DNA of 39,875 nt from Fonticula alba ATCC 38817 (Eukaryota > Protista > Nucleariida): assembly GCA_000388065.2 (NCBI GenBank), contig KB932202.1, one strand, 5' to 3'. Below the pieces are notes generated by a model. It ran no database searches. It had not been told where the DNA came from and saw only the letters and a program-made list of their open reading frames with translations. The position numbers were made by a program, and so were the translations under genes. This document shows, one piece after another, positions 12,801 to 25,006 of the stretch. Positions within the stretch are counted from its first letter, which is position 1. Every line of letters starts with the position of its first letter.

Positions 12801-13685
12801 GGCCCCGGCGCCGACCTGCCCGAAGATGGGGACTTGTCAGGCGACCAGCAGGCGCCCCTCATCGATGACGGGTGCCAGGGCACCAAGGCGCCGATGACCA
12901 TGCGCCAGCTCCTGTTGGGGGTTTCCCCGCGACAGGAGTTCTCCCGGCCCACGGGCCCCGTGGCATTGACATCGCGCCAGGAGTATCTGCCCTTGAATCC
13001 GGCGGCCGGCCGGCAACTGCTGGGCTTCCAGTCGCGGCAGGTGGACTGGTCGCCGGCCTGGGCCGATCCGGCCGACGAGGTGGCCCTGCTGCTGAGTCGT
13101 GTGGCGCTCGGGGTCTTCCCGCTGGACCTGCTCGGGGCCTTGCCGCTGCGATGCGGCTGTCGGCTGCTGGCGACCGAGGGGTCGACGCGCGATGCGCGAC
13201 CCTCTTCCGGGCTGAGCACCACCCCCGGGTGCGATGCTTGCCAGGGCCCCGGGTCGGCCGGGCATTTGGCGCGCGCCGACCCGCCGGGCCATGCCTTCTC
13301 CGATGGCGGCCCTCGGGCTGGTGGCTTGGCCGGGCGCCCCGGGCGGGCCTCCCTCCCGGAGGAGGGCTCCGCTGTGCGGCACGATCCCACCGGCGCCCGC
13401 ACACTCGGCAGCCCTGCCACGGGAGCCGGGCGCCCGACCACCGGGGCCCGGCCCTACTTCGGGGGCTTCCACCTGGTGGAGGATGCCTCGCCGCGGCCCG
13501 ACAGCCCGGCCGGGTTTGTGGAGCTGCCCGAGCGCCCGGAGGCCTCGCCGCCCCTGTCGCCCGGGCTGGTGACCGGCCTGTCCGCCGGGCTGGCCGGCGG
13601 GCCGGCGGCCGAGCAATTTGCCGAGCCGGTCTCCTCGGACGATGACCTGCCGGGGCCGACGCATGCGCTTGACGATGCACCGGTT

Positions 13686-13733
<48 letters not shown>

Positions 13734-16049
13734 GCGGCAGCTGGCTCCCTGACGCAGCCGGCTGGCGAGCCGAGCCCCGCACCTGTGCCTGGCGGCGGTC
13801 ATGAGGGCGTCGCGGTCGCCGGCGCCGGCGCCGGCGCTGCCACCACCGCGGCCCCCCCGTCGCATGGGTTCTGCCCTGATGTGGACTTCGCCCTGGACGA
13901 TGTGGACTCCGGGGTGGACATGGTCGTCGAGGCGGGGGACATCGTGGCGGACTTCCTGGACGATGACGACGACGCGGACGACGAGTCGGACGAGTCGGAT
14001 GCCGACGACCGCGACGAGGTGGACCTGGACCTGGACCTGGACCTGGATGTGGACCTCTTCCATGATGACGAGGAGTTCGCCGTGGTCCAGTGGCCGGACC
14101 CCATCGCCGGGGCCGGGGTCCTGCCGGGGCTGTGGCTGTCCGATGCGCCGCCCACCGGGCCGCAGCTGGCCGTCCTGCGGCAGCATGCCTTCCGGCTGAA
14201 CCAGCAACTCCGGGACCATGTGGCCCTGGTCGAGGCCACCGGGCGGTCCCTGGCCCAGCGCTTCGGCCTGGGCGTGGCCGAGCTCTGGGTCCCGTCCGGC
14301 AGCCTGGCGCACCAGGCCCTGCCTGTGGCCTCCTTCTCCACGCGCCTGGCCCATGTGCGTCTGTTGCACCTGCTGTCGTCGGAGTCCCCGGCGGTCGGTG
14401 CGGCCTTGGACCCGACCGGGCGCCTGGGCCGCGCGGTGGCGCATCTGCTTTCGTCCCGGCGCATGGCGCGTACATTGGCCGACTTCGAGCCGGTGGGGTT
14501 CGTGGCGCCGGCTGCGTCTGCGGCGTCTGCGGCGTCTGCGGCGTCTGCCGCGGCCGCCACGGCCGCCGCGCTGGCCACCACTGGCGGGGGCGCCGCCACC
14601 ACGGCCGGCCCCATCGCCGGCCCCGGGCCCGGGGGAGCTGTCCTGGCTTCGAATGGCGCGGTGACGGTGGGTGCCGCTGGGCGATCGGCGGCCGCGCCGG
14701 CGGGCGACCAGCTGGCCCTGCTCCGGGCAGGTGCCCGGCGCGCGCTGGCCGGTGCCGACACCCTCAGCCCGCCGGTGCGCAATGACCTGCTGGACACCTT
14801 CGAGTCGGTCCGGGCCATGTCTTCGCACCTGCATGCCATCGCGGATTTCATCGAGGACAGCCTGCGACTCTTCTCGGTGTCCTTCATGCCCGGCGGCGAG
14901 GGGGGCCCCTTTGGGGGGGCCCCGTCGGAGCACGACTCGGCGGCCGTCATGGGCGCCGGCCACCGGTCGGCCGGCGGCGGGCCCCCGGGCGCAGGTACCG
15001 GCGCGACGTCCGGCCACCTCGCCGGGTCCGGCCATCATGCGGCAACCGAGCCGGCGGCCCCGCTGGCCACCTATACCCCGGCCCCGGGGGACTCGACGCA
15101 CCGCCGGGGGGGTCTCAGTGGGCTGGCTTCGTCGGCCATTGTGGCCGCCGGGGCCAGCGAGAGCATTTCCATGCTGCTGTCGGCCCTCGGGTCGCTGGTC
15201 GGCGCGGCGGCCGTCACCCCCGGCCCGGCTGGGCTGGCGTACTCCTTCGCCAGCGGGACCTTCCGGATCCGACGCTTCCAGCAGCTGGCCATCCACGCGC
15301 GCACCCTGTCCAAGCTGATCCGCGACAGCCAGGCGAGCCTGGCGCGGGCCATGCACCTGGCCGGGGCCGGGGCGCCAGCGCGCCAGGTGGCCGCCCCCCC
15401 GGACCCGAGCTCTCGCGCGCGCCTGGCCCGCGAGTCGTCCCTGGTAATCACCGACCCGGGGCTGGGGCTTCTCCTGCAGGTGGTCGAGCGCGCGCTGCAC
15501 CACTCGCCCACGTACCTGGCCACGGCCGACACCGGGGCCGGCCCGTCCGAGGCGGGAGTCGCCGCCGCCGCCGCCGCCGCGGCTGTTGTGCCGCCCTCCT
15601 CGCTGTCCTCGTCTGCGGCGGTGCCGGTGCCGGTGCCGGCGCCGGTCTCGCGCGTCGCATCCTCCGTCCCCACTCCCGCGCTGTCGGCCTCCCCGCCGAT
15701 GGACCTGCACCCGGCCGCGCAGGAGCGCATCGCCGCCGAGCCGGCCGGCTCGGCGGTCGCCGCTCAGCCGGCTGCCCAAGCGGCCGCAGCGCCGGCCGTG
15801 GCGGACGTCGGCCGGCCGAGCTACGCCGACCCAGACCTCCTGGCCCAGCTGCCGGCTCTGCGCATGGCCCGCGCGCGCGGGTGCACGGTCACCGTCCTGG
15901 CGGCCCTGGTCAGCCGGGACCCGTGCGACGTGCTGGCCCTTCTGGCCCCGGACTCGGTACTCGAGCACCTAGATGGCCGGCCCTGCCTCTGGCTGGGGGA
16001 CACCCTGGCCGAGGCTCTGCAGGCCCTGCCGGTGGCATCGCAGCGCTGA
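9829..16049 (+). CDS. Large Ala/Gly/Pro-rich hypothetical protein, ~1973 aa, 2 exons
   Basis: Exon 1 is 9829-11735. The donor GTGCGT at 11736 opens a (CT)n-filled intron ending at TAG 12034. Exon 2 is 12035-16049; the split codon is in phase with the supplied 1341-aa ORF. Codons look GC3-rich. No family recognised. The start ATG is uncertain, and further in-frame introns are possible. Confidence 0.75.
11753..11972. repeat. Compound (CT)n intronic repeat with ~31-35-nt higher-order unit
   Basis: The unit ccctcccccctctcttcc(tc)n recurs about four times within intron 11736-12034. Confidence 0.9.
13686..13730 (+). repeat. Perfect (GCG)15 encoding poly-alanine
   Basis: Uninterrupted gcg repeat, in frame within exon 2 of the large orphan. 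Confidence 0.95.
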
Positions 16050-16410
16050 AAAGCCCCCGGCCCTCCCTCTGTTGCTTCTTCTTCTTCTCTCTCTCTCTCT
16101 CTCTCTCTCTCGCTCTCCCTCTCTCTTTCCTGGTGATCCCACACGGATGTACCTCCCTTTCTCCCCGCCCTGTGGTTTCCCTTGTCCCGGCCCTGTGCCC
16201 CCCTCCCCCCCTCTTCCGTTTCTTGAATATACGCTCATTTCCTTGTCAACGCATGTCCCCCTTCCCCTTGCCAGCGGTGCCGCTGGCGGTGGTTCACCGC
16301 ATGACGCCACACAAAAGTGGTGCATTTGTTGTCTTTTTTTTTTACTCTTCTCCCCGCCTTGCAGGGGGGGGGGAGGGGGGTGAGGAATCACACCGCCGGG
16401 GCGGATGGTC

Positions 16411-18319
16411 TCACTTGGACCCGGCGCCCTGGGTTTTCCTCCCGCCGGGCGGCCGGTTGGCGGCCGAGGCACGGGCAGGCGCCGAGGCCCGGCCCCCGGC
16501 GCCGGCAGCACCCCGGGCTGTGGCGGCCTTGGTTGTGGCCGCCGCGCTCTTCGAGGGGGAGCCGGTCTTCCGGCCGGGCGACGGGGCGCCAGCTTGTGAG
16601 GACGCCGTGCCGGCGGCGACCGGGGTTGTGGCGCGACCGGCGCCCTTGGCGCGCGGGGCCCCAGTGGCGGCCTTCACCGGCCGCGCGGCGGTCTCCTCGG
16701 CCGGGGGCTTTCGCGCCGGCACACTCTTCGAGGCTGGCACGGTTTTGGATGCCGCCGGCACGGTCTTGGACGCGGGGGCTGCCTTGGCCGTGGGAACGGT
16801 CTTGGAGGCGGTGGCCCCCCCGGCACTTGTCGGCCCGGAGCCGGCCTTCTTGCTGACACGTTGGCGCTTCACGCCACCGGAGCCGGCCGGGGCCGCGGCG
16901 GTCCGGCCCGGAGCCGGCTCGGTGCCGGCATCGTCACCGGCCGTGTCGCTGCTGCCGGCCGCCGGGGGGTTCTTCCGCACGCCTGTGGACAGGGACCGCG
17001 AAGGGGGCCGACACATACGAGGAGGAGGAGGAGGGGGAGGGAGGAGGGGTGGGCCATTCCAGCAGCACCGCGCGAGGTTAGTATCCCGGCACACGGACAC
17101 CCATGCGCCAGGGGGCTGGCAGGGGGAAAGGGAGGACGGGGCCGGGCGGCGAACCGAGCAAGGGCGGAGGAGGGCACGAGGACACCCGCTCGCTGTGCCC
17201 CCCTGCCGAGCGTCTTGGTGACGTACCAGTCCGAGGCTTGGCCCCCGGGGGCGGGGGTGTCCGCTCGACCGGCGCAGCGGCCACCGACAGCAGCCCCGAC
17301 GATGGGGTCTGCGAGGGCGTGGTAGCGGGGGTCGGCCCCCCGCCGGTGGAGCCCGTGCTCAGGGCACCTGCTTCCGAGCTGGATGGGCTAACTTGGGGAG
17401 TAGACGAGGCGGTGTTGGACCCGGAGGCAGAGCGCCCGGTGGCGGGATTAGCCGGACGCCGGCTGGCGCTCCCCCCGGCGCCAGTCCCAGGGGCCGGGGG
17501 TTTGCCAGGCCGCGCGGCCGACGCCACGGCCGCTCCGCCACGCTTGCCGGCCGACTTGAGTGCCGAGGCACCGGGCCGACTGGGGACCCCAGCCGAGGGG
17601 GTGGGCGTTGGGGCAGGCGCGGGAGCGGGCGCCGGGCCCGGCACGGCCTTCCGAGAGACCGGCGCTTCCGGACCCTCGGCCGGGGCCCGTGGCGATTGCG
17701 GCATCTGCGCGTGGCCGCCATGTGCCGAGGCATAGCCCGGTGGAGAGGCCGGCCCCTCGGCCGACGGGCCGGCTTCCATGTTGATCATGTACCCGGCGGC
17801 CGCCAGCGGTGACACCGTGGCCACCGGGGCCACTTGCCCCGAGGGCACCAGCTGCCCGAGGACCTGCTTCACCGCGTCGGCCGAGCAGAAGTACGCGCGA
17901 ACCAGCTGCTCCGGCTCGGTGGGCGGCCCGGTCAGCCGCGCCCCGGCCCACGGGAAGACCGACGGCAGGGACATCAACACCGGGGAGTTGGAGCCATGCG
18001 GCTCGGCCGGACCAGATACCGGGGTCGGCCGAACAGCCGCGCCGGCCCCCGGCGCCCGGCTGGCGCAGCGGGATAGCGACACTTCGACCGCATGTGACGA
18101 GCTAGCCGACCCCTCCAGACGGTGGGCATTCAGCTGCAGGGATGTCTGTGTTTTTTCGCCATATTTCCCGGCATACGTTAGAGAGCGGAAGAGGAGGAGG
18201 AGGAGGGAGAGGAGGAGGGAGAGGGAGAGGGAGAGGAAGTGGGAAAGGAGGAGGGAGAGGGAGGGAGAGGAAGAGAGAGAGAAAGAGAAAGAGAAAGAGA
18301 GAGAGAAAGAGAAAGAGAG

Positions 18320-18352
<33 letters not shown>

Positions 18353-19204
18353 GAGAGAAAGAGAAAGGGAGAAAAAGAAAGAGAGAGAAAAAGAGAGAGA
18401 GAAAGAGAGACAGCAGCACAGGCGATGGTGGGACAAGGGGGAGGGGCGGCGAATGTCCCCGCCTGGAGGCACGAACCTCCCGGTTGGGCTGCGATAGCTT
18501 GACCGACTTGCGCAGGGAGAAGCGCAGCGGCTTCCACTCGGGTTGGCCGTCAGCCGGCGGCGTGGCCGACCACGAGGCCAACACCGAATTCAGCGGCAAG
18601 CCAAAGGGGAAGGATCGCGAGCCGACGGGATCCGAGTGATGCAAGGGGTGGGCCCCGGGGTCGGTGGACGTGCGCGAGCGCGACTCCAGGAAGTCCAGCA
18701 AGAGGGACCCGCCCCCCGGGGGGGCCTGCTGGTCAGGGGAGGGCCGGAGCAAACGTCAGGAAGGCCGAGCAATGCATGGGGGGACCCCCGGCAGGGTGTG
18801 GTGATATGTTGCCCAGCCGACCGTGCTCGCACCTTCGGCGGAGTGGGCACCGCGGGGACCATTGTCGGCGGGGGAGCGGCCCTGGCCGGCCCTGATGTGG
18901 GGGCCTGCGGGGGAGCCGCCACCACAGGGGCCAGGGGCACGCGGGCCAGGGAGGCCTCGCGCGCATGGTTCACCCCCCGATTGTGTGCGCCTATTGCCGG
19001 CGCCACCCAAACCGAGGACAGGGAGGGCAGAGAGATACCCCGGGTCAGTGCATGTGGGCGTGGCCATTCGACGAAGCGACAAGGGTGGGGGATGGGTGCC
19101 CCGGACGGGGCAAAGGGCGACGCCGCGCGCACCGATGGTCTCCACCAAGACACGGTCGTCCAGGTCCAAACACAGGCGAGTCATCTGGGGAACGGCGGGC
19201 GCGA

Positions 19205-19242
<38 letters not shown>

Positions 19243-19957
19243 GGGATGGCGGTGACGCCCGGCGGCGTGGGCACGCCAAGCAAATCCGGCAACTCGCCGA
19301 GATACAGGCGCTGCTCGGCCGCCTGCGCCAGGGCCAGCGGCACCTCGGCCTCGGTGGGCGGCATGGCCGTGGCCGTGGCCGTGGCCGTGGCGGCCGCTGC
19401 ATGTGCCAGCGCCATACGCCGAACGGTCAGCGGGTGCGGGCGCAAGAGAATGCGCCTGGCAGCGGCAGCGGCGGCGGTGCCCGGCCGGCCGGCCGTCAGC
19501 GATGATCGCCCGCCCGGTCGGAAATCCACCACCAGGGCAAACAGGTGCCCATCATAGAAGGGCAGGGCCGGGGCTGGGGGCTGATCGGCCCCGGGAGCTT
19601 GGACGCCGGTCGCGGGGAACTCCTCCAGCAGGGTGGGAGGGATGAGCTGAGGCCGAGGGGCGGCGCGCGTTAGAGGAGCCCCGGTGCCTCACGGAGCAGG
19701 GCCCGAGCAGATGCATGCATCCATGCCACGACATACCTGCTGATCAATCCAGTCCAGGAGCTCCGTGCACATGGGGTCCGTCCATGACAGCGGGATGCCC
19801 CCCTGCGGGTGCATGGTTGCCTCGCGGGCTCGCGCCGGGGTAAGGGCCTCACTCATGGGGAAGACCCGCAGCCGGACCCCCTCGGCGGTCAGAGTCAGGC
19901 CCAGGGCCGGAGCAATGTGCTCTGCGATGTTCGGTCGGTCCCACAGCGCGACCTGCA

Positions 19958-19996
<39 letters not shown>

Positions 19997-20006
19997 GTGT
20001 GTGTGC

Positions 20007-20046
<40 letters not shown>

Positions 20047-20715
20047 ATGTGTGTGGGTGCGCGCGCGCGTATGAATATCAGCACATGGGCATGTTGAGGC
20101 CACGCCGCAAGCCATGACCGGCGCTGGGTGACAGGCCAATGTGCCAAATGTGCGACCACGATCCCATGTAGGTGCGTACCTGGTGCGACAGACTGAAAAG
20201 CTGGTCCGGCTGGGCGGGGCGCGTGGCAGTCGTCTTGCCCGGAGACAGGTACTTCTGCATTAGCGCCAGCAAACCCCCAGGTTGAGTGAGGATCTGCATT
20301 TGTTGGAGAGTATAGGTGAGTGGAGCTCGTCATGTGCGTGCATGTGTGTGCATGTGTGCGCATGCGCAGGCTCAGGCGCGCAGGCACAGTGCCCGGGAGT
20401 ACTGACCTGGGCAACATTGCTTTTTGGGGGCGGCCGGGCGGTCCCGGCCGGCGCCGGGACCGATGCCCCCGGGCGACGGGCCTCGAGCTTGTCAGCTGCT
20501 GGGGTCCGAGCCGCGCCCGAGGAGGGCCCAAGTTTCTTTTGCGGCACAGGTGCTGACCAGAGGGGGAAAGGGGCGTGTGATCGTGCGCGCGCGCGCGCGT
20601 GTGTGTGTGAGATCGGGCCCGCCAGGAGGCCATGCATGGGTGTGGCAAGGGGCAGCTGCGAACCTGAGGACTTGGCGCCGGGTTTGTCAACAACACGATA
20701 CTTCGGGGGAGACAT
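16411..20715 (-). CDS. SPT20: Spt20-family (SAGA complex subunit) protein, ~976 aa, 9 exons
   Basis: Exons (minus) 20715-20664, 20552-20407, 20293-20180, 19952-19737, 19646-19133, 18990-18833, 18728-18477, 18133-17227, 16982-16411; all GT-AG and phase-compatible. The motifs [17 protein letters not shown]...[21 protein letters not shown] and RLCLDL match my recollection of the Spt20 domain pattern (FL..i....iP..l.E.l...FYdGC.i..v.DyR ... .LLRPT ... PLcLdp). The C-terminal half is low complexity. Confidence 0.75.
18176..18410. repeat. GA-rich/(GAAAGA)n compound repeat in Spt20 intron 7
   Basis: gagaaagagaaagag... on the plus strand, CT-rich on the sense strand. Confidence 0.9.
19961..20046. 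repeat. (TG)n microsatellite in Spt20 intron 3
   Basis: TG repeat interrupted by cg; reads (CA)n on the sense strand and ends just before the acceptor. Confidence 0.9.
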
Positions 20716-21656
20716 GGCGGGGCGCTCCCCCTCTGAGGGGCGACGTGCCAGCAGGGTCGCGGGCCGGCAGGGGAGGGGGAAGGGTGGTGGTGCTCCGGGG
20801 GAGGAGGAGGGGGGCGGTTCAAAGAGGCAGGGCGGCGCGTCAGGCAGATGCCAGGAGGGCCCCAAGGAGCTGGGCGAGAGGCACGGCGAGGGAGGGAGGG
20901 GGGGGGGGGGTGTTGCAAGCCGGGGCCGACATGTGCCGGCAGAGCGGTCCCAGCCGATGTGCCCCCTGGCCGACCGGCCGGCAACCTGCGGCAAGGTGTA
21001 TCCACCACGGGCGGCCTTTGCAAACGGCCGTACATGTCTCAGGGCTCAAGGGACCGAGAGGGGGAGGAAGAGAGAGAGACAGAGAGAGCGAGAGAGAGGA
21101 AGATAATGAAACCGCCTGGCCCGCGGCAGGAAGCACCACCCGCTGGAGCAGCCAGCGGCTAGATCCTCCCGCGGGTGCTTGTGTTGATCGCACACCGGGC
21201 AGGAAGAGGGGTGCGTGTGAGCGGGCGAGCGCGCGAACGCGCGCGCGCGCAAAGTTCCCGCCTCCCATGGAAGCGGGAACAGCCAGCGGACATGCGATTA
21301 AGGCCAACGGATCGGCATTAACTCAGATGCGTTAATTCTCGCCCTGACGTCCGGGACCCCCAGCACCAAGGAGCGCACATGCGTGCAGCTGTGTGTTGTA
21401 TTGGTGTGGGCGTGTGTTTGTCGCACATGGAGACATGGGCACACATGCGCGTGGCTCCCCCAAGCGCGCGGAGAGGGGAGGAAAGGGGGAGGGAGGGAGG
21501 GAGAGAAAGCAAGGGAGGGGGTCTATACTACAGAGAGAAAGGAGGAGGCACGCGCGGCGGCCAGAGGGAAAAGAGAAAGGAGTGATGGTGGGGCCGAGGA
21601 GAGGACGAAGGGGGGGGGGGAGGCGGCAGGAGCCCCCCTCCCCCACGAAAGGGGTC

Positions 21657-22572
21657 TTACTTCTTGCCCTTCTTCTTCGGCTCCAGAGCCGGATCCATGC
21701 CGGAGCTCGGGGTGAAGGCCTTGAAGCTCTTCTTCTCGCGGGTGCGGTACGCCGGCAGGCGGCCGGTACCGCCGTACTCCTGGATGCGGCGGATGGCACG
21801 GGCGCTGTGTGTGGGAGAGGGCGTGGTTAGCAGGAGGCCGGAATACGAAGCAATGGCAAGGGGCGGGAGGCAGGGAGAGGGGGAGAGGCGGAGAGAGATA
21901 GAGCAAGAGAGGAGCAGAGAGGGATTGCCAAATGCATCACCCCCACTCGCATCGACCCTCTCCACTCCCAGCAGGAGCCCGCTTCCCTCCTTCGCCCCCT
22001 TCTCCCACTCTCTCCCCCCCCGAAGTAGGGGGGCACGACGTACGTCTTCTGCACCCGGGGCTCGAGCATCTCACGACGGAACAGCGAGTCCATGCGGTCG
22101 GCCAGGAGATGGCCCTCCGGGGCCAGCACACGCAGGGAGGAGGGCAGCTCGTCGGACAGCTTGACATCCGGCACCGGGGCCCGGTAGTTGGCAAGACTCA
22201 GGCGCTTGACCGTGTTGCGGTCCTTCTCCAGCTTGTACTGATCCCGAAGGGGGATCAGCTCCAGGGACTGCTTGATCTTCTGGAAGGTGTGCTGCTTGAC
22301 GCGCTCGAAGTCCCTGTCGGCCGAAAGGGAGGGCGGTGGTGGAAGCACCGAGGAGAGACATGGTCAGAGCACGCACATGGCCCCCCCACGAGAAGGCTAT
22401 GCCCGGGGAAAACCCAGCACGACATCCGCATCCTTCTGACCCACACAAGGGCACGTACTTGACATTGTTGAGGCGCTTATCCAGCTTCTTCATGGCATGG
22501 CGGCGGAGCTGTGCGCGATGGCGAGCAGAGAGGCGTCAGTATCGGGGCGGTCGTCGGGGGAGGTGCCTGACA

Positions 22573-22613
<41 letters not shown>

Positions 22614-23049
22614 GATGCGCGTGGTCCTTCTCGATACGTGAGCGTACCATGTCGCGATGGGCCTTAAGACGGTTCTTGTCGCGCCGGGTGCGGCGCAGGT
22701 CCAGGGCGGTGGCCTGCTGCTTGGAGGCGGCCGCCTTCAGCGCATCCTCATCGAGGTCGCTGTCATCCTGGTCCTGGTCCTCGTCGGAGCTCTGGGCGCC
22801 GGAAGTCTGCGCCTCGGTCGCCTTGGCCTCCTCCTCTTCCTCCTCCTCCTCGCCGTCGGAGTCCGACAGGTGACCTAGAGAGCGCATGATGCCCTTCATG
22901 ACCGAGTCATCATAGATGGACGCCTGAAGGAGTGGCCAGGTGCGTGTGTCGGGGAAAAAGGAGCGCGCGCGTATGGGGCGTTAGGACTCGATTGCGTGGG
23001 AAGGACACAGCGGCGCGGGGACACTGCGCATCGGCGCATCGGTGCGTGC

Positions 23050-23085
<36 letters not shown>

Positions 23086-24139
23086 GGCACGTACCTTGCG
23101 AATGGCGTCGGCCTCCGCGCTGGACAGGGGAGTGTTGCCGCCGGCGTTCTTGAAGAGCTCCTTCTTGGCAGCCTCGGCAGCCTCGAGGATGAAGGCCTAC
23201 CAGGTGCGGACCCGGGGGGGGGCTCCAGAGCCGGATCCATGCCGGAGCTCGGGGNNNNNNNNNNNNNNNNNNNNNNNNNNNNNNNNNNNNNNNNNNNNNN
23301 NNNNNNNNNNNNNNNNNNNNNNNNNNNNNNNNNNNNNNNNNNNNNNNNNNNNNNNNNNNNNNNNNNNNNNNNNNNNNNNNNNNNNNNNNNNNNNNNNNNN
23401 NNNNNNNNNNNNNNNNNNNNNNNNNNNNNNCCCCCCGCCAATGCAGCCACAGGGCACAGGCAAGCACGCACCTGATGCGCCTCCTTGGAGGGGTTGTACG
23501 ACTGGCCGCTGGACGGCAGGTGGAGAGCCGGCTCGTGGGCACGACGCGGCGGCCGGATGCCACCCGAGTGCGGCCCCAGAACCTTGGTCTTGTCGACGGT
23601 CTCGGCGCCCCAAAGGTCCAGATTCCGGGGTGCCGGGGCCGGAGGAGGCGCCGCAGTCTTGACCGCCTTGACCATGCGCTCGACGATGACCATGTCGGCG
23701 ATGGCCGTCTTGGAAATCGGGCCCTGCGGCACGTGGGTCTTGATGTTGGGGTTGGGGGCCAGGATCTGGTCGATCTTGATCGGGCGCCCGGCGCGCGCGC
23801 GGGCACGGTTGGAGCTCGGCGCCGTCGACACGCCGGCCGTGTCGATGCTGAATAGCGCATCGTCGTCCATCTCGGTGACATTGCCACTGGGGGAGGGAGG
23901 GAGGGAAGAGGGGGAGGGGGGAGGGAGGGAAGAGGGGAGGGCGTCGGGTGGGGTCAGCACAGGGGGCGAGGAGGGCCGGGAGAAGGTCGCGTGCGAGGGG
24001 GGGAGGGGGGGACGTACCCGGCGTGGTCCTCCTTGCGCTTCTTGGCGATCATGTCGTCGAAGGCCGACGAGTCGGCATTGCGCCAGGAGGCCTTGTTGTT
24101 GCCGCGCTTGCGCTTCTTGTCCACGTCTCCCGAAGACAT
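21657..24139 (-). CDS. NOP53: Ribosome biogenesis protein NOP53 (GLTSCR2), 7 exons
   Basis: Exons (minus) 24139-24018, 23886-23472, 23196-23095, 22923-22648, 22508-22459, 22313-22044, 21804-21657. Features: basic N-terminus KKRKRGNNKASWR; Mtr4 arch-interacting motif LFSID (23841-23855, consensus LFxphiD); LPSSGQSYNPS; acidic middle; C-terminal DVKLSDELPSSLRVLAPEGHLLADRMDSLFRREMLEPR typical of Nop53. Intron 2 spans the gap 23255-23430. Confidence 0.93.
23221..23254 (+). repeat. 34-nt exact duplicate of 21679-21712 (NOP53 last exon) at a gap edge
   Basis: ggctccagagccggatccatgccggagctcgggg occurs at both places. Confidence 0.95.
23255..23430. other. Assembly gap (176 N) inside intron 2 of NOP53
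   Basis: Run of N between donor 23471 and acceptor 23197 (minus strand). Confidence 1.
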
Positions 24140-24458
24140 GACTGGCGAGGGTCGCTGGCGGCCTGGATGGAGCCGGCGGGTTGACGAAGGGGGAGGGGAG
24201 GAGGGGGGAGGGGGAGGGAGAGAAGGAGGAGCGCGGCGAGGGCTGCTGCTGGCGGGGGCGGAGAGAAGAGGGGGGGGGGAAGGTGTGGGAGGTGAGGGGG
24301 GGGGGAATGCAGCAGGGGCTGCTTGTTGGGGAGGGGGGTGTCTGGGCGGTCGGGGCCGTGGGTACGTGCGCCGGGGCGCCAAAAGAGATCCCCCTCTGCG
24401 ACCCATGGCCAGAGGCGTGGCGAACGGAGGGAAACAATCTCGCTCAGAGCGCCAGCTG

Positions 24459-24466
<8 letters not shown>

Positions 24467-24526
<60 letters not shown>
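24467..24526. repeat. (TG)n microsatellite upstream of NOP53
   Basis: Long uninterrupted TG run. Confidence 0.9.
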
Positions 24527-24529
<3 letters not shown>

Positions 24530-25006
24530 AAGGGGGGTCGGGGGCGGAATCCCCCATGGCCGCCTGGCGCGGGGTGCCATGTGGGGGACCGGGGGCAGGG
24601 GGAGGGGCAGCGCACAGGAAAACACAAGGGCGCGGCGTCCTGCCCACGGGTGCGCATGCGGTGCCCAGGCAGGCCACCCCCCGGGCGCTTGTGGCTGGGA
24701 TGGGCATGGGCGCGCGTGCCGCGGTGCGGCCCCTCCCCCGGGGGATCGGGTGTCCAGCCGGATGCTCACGCGCGCGGACGAGCGTCCGCACGTGCTCTGG
24801 GAATGTCCTTCTCGAGGCACGGGAACCCGGTTCCCACACTCGGCCCCGTCCTCCCGAGTCCCGGCCCCCGTTGGACTGCCAGCGCATGCGACCGCGTCTC
24901 GCGGCTCCAACAGGCGAGCTCGGGGGTGTGGGCGTGGATCCGCAAAAACTGCTCCACAGGAGCAGGCCGGACGGGGGCGGAGGGGGCCTCTCTTCGCGGC
25001 GCACCG

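Noticed and set aside
12837-15968. 1043-aa antisense ORF, and similar Arg/Gly-rich ORFs at 3425-5119, 10594-11706, 33924-36143 and 35033-36754
   Set aside because: Shadow ORFs. GC3-rich sense codons suppress stops on the opposite strand or frame, and the translations are Arg/Gly/Pro low complexity with no motifs.
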